From positions 15,251 through 79,250 of the forward strand of contig JAFXDE010000054.1 in NCBI GenBank assembly GCA_017516315.1: DNA of 64,000 nucleotides, given 5' to 3'. The stretch comes from Clostridia bacterium (GTDB lineage: Bacteria; Bacillota; Clostridia; Oscillospirales; Acutalibacteraceae). The translations under genes and the position numbers were made by a program. The notes beneath the pieces are model-generated. The model did not search any database. It was given only the letters and a program-made list of their open reading frames with translations, and was not told the DNA's origin. This document shows, piece by piece, positions 18,750 through 24,979 of the stretch. Each line of letters begins with the position of its first letter. The first letter of the stretch is position 1.

Positions 18750-18777
18750 GACAAGTTTCGACTTGTCGGATTTTTTT
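18742..18777 (+). terminator. rho-independent terminator after the tRNA
   Basis: 10-bp stem ATCCGACAAG / CTTGTCGGAT followed by TTTTTTT. Confidence 0.8.
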
Positions 18778-18780
18778 ATC

Positions 18781-18985
18781 CAAGCCGACAGGCTTGGTAT
18801 ATCATCACGCGTCAGCGTGTATATCACCAACACGGCATAGCCGTGTTGTATCTCATCACACCTTCAGGTGTGTATATCTGTCGGCTTGATGATATGCAAA
18901 GCTTCGCATTGATGATATACAACTTCTTGCGAAGTTGATGATATGCAATTCCTTTGGAATTGATGATATACAAGGCTTCGCCTTG
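18781..18985. repeat. hairpin array 1: eight short hairpins with unique stems, separated by TATATCA (x4) then inverted TGATATA (x4) spacers
   Basis: Hairpins: 18781-96, 18806-19, 18828-48, 18857-72, 18897-911 (imperfect), 18920-37, 18946-62, 18971-85. Spacers: TATATCA-like at 18798, 18820, 18849, 18873; TGATAT(A/G) at 18890, 18913, 18939, 18964. Confidence 0.85.
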
Positions 18986-19149
18986 ATTTGATTTTCAAAC
19001 ATTCACCAACACGATTCTAATTTATGCTTTTTAATAGAGAAGTAAGCCAAAAATATACAAGGTAATTCTGAGAAAACACTTGATTGTTCTATATTGAAAA
19101 TATGATCTTTTGTAATCTGTTTTTTATGTTTATAAAACAATAAAAAGCA

Positions 19150-19178
19150 TTGACATTAAAATTAATTTTTGTTAATAT
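19150..19178 (+). promoter_or_regulatory. sigma-70-type promoter of the surface protein gene
   Basis: TTGACA (19150-55), 17-nt spacer, TAATAT (19173-78). Confidence 0.5.
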
Positions 19179-19233
19179 TTTCTTAGAGTGGAAACAATCC
19201 CTCTGAAAAACACATTATGAAAGGATGAGAAAA

Positions 19234-21186
19234 ATGAAAAAAATTATGGTAATTGTTTTGTCGGTGCTTATGGCGTTTTCTGTTATGCCTATGGCGTTTG
19301 CTCAGGATGCACATAACTGTGTTGATGCAGATAACTGCCTTGTTTGCTATATTGCAGAGCTCATCAATTCTCTGCCGGAAGCAAAGGACATTTCTGCAGA
19401 AAACGCAGCAGAGGTTACTGATACCATTCATGCAGTAGACTGCGTGAAATTTGAACTGACTGACGAAGAATATGATGAACTTCTCAGTCTTGTTGCTGCA
19501 GCTGAAAATAGCAATGGCGGTTTGCCTGTGCCTAAGGCATATATGGAAGCTCTGAATGCTATTGTTAATCTGGATGACGGCTGTTCATTCCATATTTCAA
19601 AGGATGTATTATTAAAGGGAGAAGATATCTATGATCTCAGTGAAGCCTATGTTGCTTTTGAGATTACGGGAGAAAACGGCTACTGTTCAACTCTCACTCT
19701 CAGAGATGCTGTTCAGGGCGTTTTTACTCTTGACGAATCGCAGGTTGCTTCCGTGGACTTCTTTACCGCTACTCTTGCAAGCTTCGAGGGATATTACACT
19801 ATGGATAAGCAGGGCTGGACTTATTCATACACACTTCCTGCAGGTACATATACCATTAAAGAGGTTACCGATTCAATGATAATCAACGGTACAGAATACA
19901 CAGACGCTACTGTTTCATTCAACGGTGAGTCTGCTGAAAGCTATACCTTCATATTAAAAGAAGGTGAGGATGTTTCTCTGCTTATCGGAAACTATTACGA
20001 CGGAGAAATAAACATCTGGTATGAAGCAAACGGCGGTGAAGGTGAAATGTATCCTGATATCGCTACCAGATATAACGAATTCACTCTCTCACCCAATGCC
20101 TTTACAAAAACCGGCTATGTTTTCAAGGGCTGGAGCGATGATATAGGCAATTCTTATGATGATGGTGGCACATATTACTTTGATAATTCTACAACTTTAT
20201 TTGCTCAGTGGGAAGAATGTACCGAGCACATCTGGAGCGACGGCACTTGCTCAAAATGCGGCACAGAATGCTCTCACGACACAATGACATCTGAAATTAC
20301 CGCACGTCCCGAAAGCAGTGATGGCATAAGCTGGTCAAAGGGTGAAAAGACCTATACCTGCACCTGCGGATATAGCTACGCTCAGGAAGCTGACCGTGCA
20401 GATTATTCCGAATATATCAAGGCAGCTTTAGAGTTTGCAGAACTCGCTTCCACAGAAGGTCTTACAGATACAGCTAAAATAAGCATAGCGGCTGACTATG
20501 CCGATCTTGGAGAGCTTGCACAGAATCTCATTACAGACGAGCAGAAAATCGTTGACGATTATGTTGCCGGCTTAAAGGCTCTTATTGAAAAGATTAAAGC
20601 AGGTATAGCGGACGGATCTTATCTTAAGGCTGACTATACAGAGCTTGAAGTAGCTATTGATGAGCTTGAAAAAGTTCTTGCTGAAAACGAAGCTCTTCTT
20701 ACCGAAAAGGCTGTACAGGAGCTTAAGGATGCTATTGCCGATGCTGAAAGCACCGACAAAAACCTTACAAAGAGTGCTCAGGATACAGCGATCCTCGATG
20801 CTGCCGTAAAGGCTGCCAAGGATGCCGCTGTGCTTGATGATAGTGATTTCAGAGTTGACACCACTGAAGCAGAAAAGCTTATTGTCGAGCTTGAAGAAAA
20901 AGAGATAGCCGATGAAGCTCTTAAAGCTGAAATTGAAAATATCAAGGCTGAAATTGAAAAAATCAAGGCCGACAAAAATGCTTCCAAGGCTGAATACGAT
21001 GAGGTTGTTGGTGGATATGTCAACCGACTTCAGGAAATCAAGAGCGTGATTAATAATGAAGATGAGTTCCGTTGCGGAATGTGTGACACTTATGAAAAGA
21101 ATGCAGACACACCTGTTATCGGCATTATCATGAAGATTATTCATTTCTTTGTTCACTTTGCTCAGCTTATCTCTTTCAAATCATAA
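19234..21186 (+). CDS. secreted surface protein with InlB B-repeat-like module, Cys-rich segments, helical repeats and a C-terminal hydrophobic tail
   Basis: Signal peptide MKKIMVIVLSVLMAFSVMPMAFA. The YEANGGEGEM...GYVFKGWSDD...LFAQWEE module looks like a Listeria-Bacteroides repeat. Several CxxC pairs and a long acidic helical region with KAEIENIKAEIEKIKAD repeats. The terminal VIGIIMKIIHFFVHFAQLISF is hydrophobic, and there is no LPXTG. Confidence 0.7.
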   Translation: MKKIMVIVLSVLMAFSVMPMAFAQDAHNCVDADNCLVCYIAELINSLPEAKDISAENAAEVTDTIHAVDCVKFELTDEEYDELLSLVAAAENSNGGLPVPKAYMEALNAIVNLDDGCSFHISKDVLLKGEDIYDLSEAYVAFEITGENGYCSTLTLRDAVQGVFTLDESQVASVDFFTATLASFEGYYTMDKQGWTYSYTLPAGTYTIKEVTDSMIINGTEYTDATVSFNGESAESYTFILKEGEDVSLLIGNYYDGEINIWYEANGGEGEMYPDIATRYNEFTLSPNAFTKTGYVFKGWSDDIGNSYDDGGTYYFDNSTTLFAQWEECTEHIWSDGTCSKCGTECSHDTMTSEITARPESSDGISWSKGEKTYTCTCGYSYAQEADRADYSEYIKAALEFAELASTEGLTDTAKISIAADYADLGELAQNLITDEQKIVDDYVAGLKALIEKIKAGIADGSYLKADYTELEVAIDELEKVLAENEALLTEKAVQELKDAIADAESTDKNLTKSAQDTAILDAAVKAAKDAAVLDDSDFRVDTTEAEKLIVELEEKEIADEALKAEIENIKAEIEKIKADKNASKAEYDEVVGGYVNRLQEIKSVINNEDEFRCGMCDTYEKNADTPVIGIIMKIIHFFVHFAQLISFKS

Positions 21187-21262
21187 CATAAGAATGACAG
21201 AACAATTCAAGATGTGAACAGTGCTATATCTTGTTGCCAAATTGACCTGTAAACACAAAAAA

Positions 21263-21298
21263 ATATAACGGTGCCGATAGGTGCCGTTATGTTTTTTT
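21263..21298 (+). terminator. rho-independent terminator
   Basis: Stem ATAACGG / CCGTTAT with a 12-nt loop and TTTTTTT. Confidence 0.65.
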
Positions 21299-21310
21299 AG
21301 ATACAATCAA

Positions 21311-21440
21311 CCGAAGGGATTTGAACAAGGAGGGAGCGAAGCGGAAGAAAACAGTCCGGTGGACTGTTTTCGCCGACATGGCAACGAGCTTGCGAGGCGA
21401 TAGTGCGGTAGCACGGGACAAAATCCCTTCGTGCGGGCCA
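21311..21440 (+). other. structured noncoding segment ending in a tRNA-Arg 3' fragment (pseudo-tRNA / att arm)
   Basis: CGAAGGGATTT (21312-22) is the exact inverted complement of AAATCCCTTCG (21421-31). An 11-bp hairpin lies at 21347-21371. Weak, mostly transition-type similarity to the tRNA body lies upstream of the exact repeat. The segment cannot fold as a cloverleaf. Confidence 0.5.
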
Positions 21441-21448
21441 AAAAATCC
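21422..21448 (+). repeat. direct repeat copy 2 (tRNA 3' end, att-like core)
   Basis: Identical 27-mer to 18723-18749. Confidence 0.95.
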
Positions 21449-21471
21449 AAGTCTTCGGACTTGGATTTTTT
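21441..21471 (+). terminator. rho-independent terminator (diverged paralogue of 18742-18777)
   Basis: 9-bp stem ATCCAAGTC / GACTTGGAT, TTCG loop, TTTTTT. Confidence 0.75.
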
Positions 21472-21472
21472 C

Positions 21473-21640
21473 AGTTATGTCCGCAGAACATAACTTCAGT
21501 CAGCGGCATTTATGACGCTGACTTCATTACGGCCTTTAGCCGTACTTCATTTGTCGGACATAAACGAATGAAGTTACCTTACGGTAAATGAGTGCTGTCG
21601 CAATAAAGTGGCTTTGCCAATGAAATGTGCCTACGGTACA
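21473..21640. repeat. hairpin array 2: same architecture as array 1, with ACTTCA (x3) then inverted TGAAGT-like (x3) spacers
   Basis: Hairpins: 21473-95, 21498-523, 21528-44, 21575-86, 21609-19, 21626-40. ACTTCA at 21493, 21521, 21544. TGAAGT/TGAGT/TGAAAT at 21569, 21589, 21621. The central 8-bp stem ACTTCATT/AATGAAGT encloses 21552-66. Confidence 0.8.
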
Positions 21641-21811
21641 ACGGCTTGACTTTTTCTATTCTCACACCGATTGTAATTCAGCATAAAGTGTGATATAATC
21701 ATCCCGATAAAGTCGGGTGAATTCAAGCTCAGCTATCGACTTTATTATCTTGCCGAGCATCGAAAGGGTGGGGCATCAATCAGTAATATTCAGTAAAAAA
21801 TACAACAAAGA

Positions 21812-21841
21812 TTGACAGAATATTGCATTTCATTGTATAAT
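21812..21841 (+). promoter_or_regulatory. near-consensus sigma-70 promoter of the sigma factor cassette
   Basis: TTGACA (21812-17), 18-nt spacer, TATAAT (21836-41). The ORF-track start at 21812 is the TTG of the -35 box. Confidence 0.65.
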
Positions 21842-21886
21842 TACGGAAATTATTATATTCTCAATGAAAAGAGGCGGGGATATACA

Positions 21887-22435
21887 TTGGAAATAAAAGG
21901 AAGTTCAAAACATGAATTATGTAAGCGCTTATGGCTTGAAAACGAACCGAAGATAAGAAGACTGTGTGAATATAAATTAAGCAGTCATCCTGACGAGGCA
22001 GAAGATATTATAGCAGAAACAGCATTGATTCTCTGGACGGCTATCTTTGAAGATACACCGATAAAATATCCTAACTCCTGGATATATGCCGTAGCCGGTA
22101 ATCTTATCAAGAAAAAGTACACAGAGCTTAAAATTTCGAAGGAGCGCAAAATCCCCTTTGACGATAAAGACCCTGAAATGCACGAATTGGCTGTCGGCTA
22201 TGATTATGACAGTCGGTTAGTGCCCGATGATCTCATAGAAAGATTTTCCGTACACGCAGAGCCTTTATTGAAGGACGATGAAAAACAGCTTTATCAGTAT
22301 GTTTATGAAGATAAGCTGAAAATGAAGGAAATAGCGGTTTTAATGTCTTCTACGGAATCGGCGGTAAAGCAGAGAAATTACCGACTTACGAGAACGCTGA
22401 AAAGACTGATTAAAGAATTTTTAGAAAATTTATAA
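21887..22435 (+). CDS. sigma-70 family (ECF-like) RNA polymerase sigma factor
   Basis: Region 2 (DEAEDIIAETALILW...NSWIYAVAGNLIKKKY) and region 4 HTH (MKEIAVLMSSTESAVKQRNYRLTRTLKRL). TTG 21887 lies 7 nt after GAGGCGGGG and downstream of the promoter. Confidence 0.75.
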   Translation: MEIKGSSKHELCKRLWLENEPKIRRLCEYKLSSHPDEAEDIIAETALILWTAIFEDTPIKYPNSWIYAVAGNLIKKKYTELKISKERKIPFDDKDPEMHELAVGYDYDSRLVPDDLIERFSVHAEPLLKDDEKQLYQYVYEDKLKMKEIAVLMSSTESAVKQRNYRLTRTLKRLIKEFLENL

Positions 22436-22492
22436 AAAATTTGTGTTACTTTTTATGTGCTTTTATAACTAACTCTATGAAGGAGGTATAAA

Positions 22493-23269
22493 ATGAATAG
22501 CGGTGCTTTAAAAGAAATTTTAAAAGTTGAGTTTTTGAGCTTTACCAAAGAAGAGATAGAAAACATTATGGATGAAGAGCTTGAAAAATCTCCCGAAGAG
22601 ATGGACACAGAGCTTATTGAAATGTGTCTTGACATTCTGACGGGAAAGCCGAAAGAAAAGGCAGATGAAGTGTTAACTGATTCACCTGCAGTGTCAGATA
22701 AAACAGTTAAAAAAATAAAATTCAAGAAAGGAATATTAGTCGCTGCAATTATCGCGCTTTTTATAACTGTTTCTGTTCCTGTCGGCGCCAAAATCTTTGA
22801 TATCAATGTTCCGGAAAGTATACTTAAGATTTACGAAGAGTATTTTCAGCTTAATCTTGATGGCGAAACTCAGAGTGAAGATTTAGATACTATTTTAGCT
22901 TGCTACGATTTAGATAGTCTTATTTTGCCGAGATTTTTGTTTTTAGATTGTAAAATAAGTGAATTTGAAAAAGTGATTGATGAATATAAAACTCAAATTA
23001 GTTTTAAGTATGTTTCGAAAGAGCAAAAAATGAGTGGAGATGTTATATTAAATATATTCAAACAAAATATGAACTTTTTAGATCGTGAAATGAAGGTTAA
23101 CGACCAATACGAAGAAGCTAAAAGAATTACGGTGAATGGAATTAATGTAATCGTCTTTAAAAAAGGCAGAGAAGTTTATATATTGTATTCAGTTACTGGA
23201 ACAGAATACAATATTATGTTATATGGTGTTACTATAGATGAAGCTGTTGAGATTGCAAGCACTTTATAA
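22493..23269 (+). CDS. single-pass membrane protein, putative anti-sigma factor (DUF4367-like C-terminal domain)
   Basis: RBS GAAGGAGG. Acidic cytoplasmic N-terminus, TM helix ILVAAIIALFITVSVPVGA, and an extracytoplasmic domain ending ...VNGINVIVFKKGREVYILYSV. The call rests on position directly after the sigma gene. Confidence 0.55.
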   Translation: MNSGALKEILKVEFLSFTKEEIENIMDEELEKSPEEMDTELIEMCLDILTGKPKEKADEVLTDSPAVSDKTVKKIKFKKGILVAAIIALFITVSVPVGAKIFDINVPESILKIYEEYFQLNLDGETQSEDLDTILACYDLDSLILPRFLFLDCKISEFEKVIDEYKTQISFKYVSKEQKMSGDVILNIFKQNMNFLDREMKVNDQYEEAKRITVNGINVIVFKKGREVYILYSVTGTEYNIMLYGVTIDEAVEIASTL

Positions 23270-23280
23270 ATATAATTATT

Positions 23281-23781
23281 ATGAAAAGGTTTCTTAAAAT
23301 TGCGTTAGTTGTTGTTTTATGTATTGCTTCATTGTTTCCTATGAAATCTTTTGCTATTGACGGCGAAAAAGTACAGTGGTATAACATTGACTTTCCCGAA
23401 AGTGAGATTCAGAGGATATTAGGGTTAAATCCTCAGGATGAAGCATCAACGAGGGCATCAGATTTAATTGTTTCATATAATGTTGGCATAGCTAAGGATG
23501 GTTCTACAATAAAATTAGTTGCGAAGATGGTTTGTGATGGTGATGTCGTAAAATGCGGCTTTAAAAAAATACTCATACAAAAAAGAGCAACAACAAGTTC
23601 TTCGTGGTCAACATGTCTCACTTTAGAAGATCTTTATTATAATGGTTATGCTCATTCAATCGGGAGAATTATTTCAGTGCCTTACGGTTATCAGTACCGC
23701 GCTGTATGTACCTTCTATGCTAAGAAAAGCCTTCTGGTAACACAGAAAATTGAATTGGCTTCTAATATAGTTACTATTTAA
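23281..23781 (+). CDS. secreted hypothetical protein (166 aa)
   Basis: Signal peptide ending SFA-ID. Very AT-rich coding sequence. No motif recognised. Confidence 0.5.
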   Translation: MKRFLKIALVVVLCIASLFPMKSFAIDGEKVQWYNIDFPESEIQRILGLNPQDEASTRASDLIVSYNVGIAKDGSTIKLVAKMVCDGDVVKCGFKKILIQKRATTSSSWSTCLTLEDLYYNGYAHSIGRIISVPYGYQYRAVCTFYAKKSLLVTQKIELASNIVTI

Positions 23782-23796
23782 ATAAGCACTATTATT

Positions 23797-23834
23797 AAGC
23801 TCACCGAAACTTTAAGGCTTCGGTGAGCTTTTCT
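23797..23834 (+). terminator. rho-independent terminator
   Basis: 12-bp stem AAGCTCACCGAA / TTCGGTGAGCTT followed by a T-run. Confidence 0.8.
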
Positions 23835-23859
23835 ATATACACTACTTGTCTTGACAGAA

Positions 23860-23895
23860 GTAAATAATAAAGGCGGCGGTTTTTTACCGTCGCCC
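23860..23895 (-). terminator. rho-independent terminator of ispE
   Basis: On the minus strand: GGCGACGG-TAAAAAA-CCGCCGCC followed by TTTATTATTT. Confidence 0.65.
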
Positions 23896-23933
23896 TTTCA
23901 CTTGAAGCTCCTTTACCACCGTCGGGGGAGAGG

Positions 23934-24803
23934 TTATTCTGTTTCACAGCCCTTATCCACAGAGGAGCAGAGATAGACCTCGTCAAAGCTTTTCTTTAAT
24001 TCAGCGAGGCATTTTTCCGCATCCTCTCTTTTTTCGAAAATGCCGAAAACACTGGGGCCGCTTCCACTCATACAGCAGCATTCACAGCCGTGCTTTCTCA
24101 TAATGCTTTTGATAACCACTCTGTCGGGTACATCGATGAACTGCTCGAAAACATTGTCAACTCTGTCGAAAATACCTTTTTTATCCCGGGTAGCCGCGGC
24201 GATAAGCATACCCCTCGTATCGAGATGTCTTACTCTCTCAGCCTTGTCGAAGGCCGCATAAGCCTCACCCGTGGAAACATCCTGCTTCGGCTTTACGATT
24301 ACGATGTTTTCCGCTTCGAGGTCGGGGAGGAAGGAAAGCACCGTACCTGTATACTGAGCCGCCATAGTACCGCCCATAATGCAGAAGGGGATGTCGGCGC
24401 CGATTTTACCGCCTGTCTGTGCCATTTCCTTGAGTGAAAGCCTTGTACCGAAAAGCTCATTGAGCGCGACAAGAGTAGCCGCACCGTCAGCACTTCCTCC
24501 TGCAAGACCTGCCGCCTGAGGGATATTCTTTTCGATGTGGACGGAGATACCCGTATTTTTAACACCGGTGTCAGCGAAAAATTTCGTGGCTACCTTGTGA
24601 ACGATGTTACTTTCGTCAGTAGGAACACCTTCTTTGTTACAGGTGATTTCGATGTCCTCACTGTCTGTCTTGCTTACGGTGACACGGTCATAAATTCCCA
24701 CGGACTGCATAATCATAAAAAGGTCGTGGTAGCCGTTGGGCAGAGTAGATAATATGTCAAGCATAAGATTGATTTTTGCGTAGGCTTTAGCGGTAACTTT
24801 CAT
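23934..24803 (-). CDS. ispE: 4-(cytidine 5'-diphospho)-2-C-methyl-D-erythritol kinase
   Basis: AKINLMLDI N-terminus and GHMP kinase motif IPQAAGLAGGSADGAA. Confidence 0.9.
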   Translation of the reverse strand: MKVTAKAYAKINLMLDILSTLPNGYHDLFMIMQSVGIYDRVTVSKTDSEDIEITCNKEGVPTDESNIVHKVATKFFADTGVKNTGISVHIEKNIPQAAGLAGGSADGAATLVALNELFGTRLSLKEMAQTGGKIGADIPFCIMGGTMAAQYTGTVLSFLPDLEAENIVIVKPKQDVSTGEAYAAFDKAERVRHLDTRGMLIAAATRDKKGIFDRVDNVFEQFIDVPDRVVIKSIMRKHGCECCCMSGSGPSVFGIFEKREDAEKCLAELKKSFDEVYLCSSVDKGCETE

Positions 24804-24979
24804 TTTTAAAACTCCTTTGCGGAAATATATTAATATTATAAACTAAAACTCCTTCCTAATCAATAACTTACATAAAAATAAAGTTTATGTTAACTTCTCT
24901 TTTTCCATTGACTTTTAAATATATATATGTTAGAATAACGGGAAAGCAAAAGGATGTTTTTAATAATAGGAGGTAGGTT

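Larger units (their letters stand above)
18723..21448 (+). mobile_element. putative integrase-less insertion (decayed island or CIME-like) bounded by 27-nt tRNA-Arg direct repeats
   Basis: Exact 27-nt direct repeats at both ends. The interior holds only noncoding hairpin-rich DNA and one surface-protein gene. No recombinase ORF in any frame of the track. Confidence 0.45.

Noticed and set aside
18633-18938. Plus- and minus-strand ORFs (18633-18938, 18671-18889, 18636-18833, 18569-18754) across the tRNA and hairpin array 1
   Set aside because: They read through a well-folded tRNA gene, a terminator and the hairpin array. They have no RBS and nonsense-like sequences.
18889-18990. Chain of mini-ORFs with overlapping stop/start (TGATG) in array 1, e.g. 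ATG ATA TGC AAA GCT TCG CAT TGA
   Set aside because: The unit period is 25-26 nt, not a multiple of 3, so the frame is lost after two units. There is no RBS. The left half of the array would have to be read on the other strand.
20572-21156. 194-aa minus-strand ORF inside the surface protein gene
   Set aside because: It is antisense to the repetitive helical region, has low-complexity translation, and has no signals.
21321-21515. 64-aa ORF covering the tRNA-end fragment
   Set aside because: It spans the structured pseudo-tRNA segment, the 27-nt repeat and a terminator, so it is not coding.
18781-21640. CRISPR-array interpretation of the two hairpin arrays
   Set aside because: The conserved words are only 7-10 nt, and the variable parts are themselves palindromic and only 14-21 nt. 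The orientation flips mid-array, and there are no cas genes in the window.
18742-23830. Search for an integrase/recombinase, excisionase or replication gene in the tRNA-linked accessory region
   Set aside because: None of the ORFs of 60 aa or more in any frame shows tyrosine-recombinase (R..HxxR..Y) or serine-recombinase features. I therefore did not annotate an ICE or prophage, only an integrase-less insertion.
24804-24979. PyrR-type attenuator upstream of pyrC
   Set aside because: No pyrR gene in the operon, and no terminator/antiterminator hairpin pair or PyrR-binding-loop-like sequence visible in the leader.
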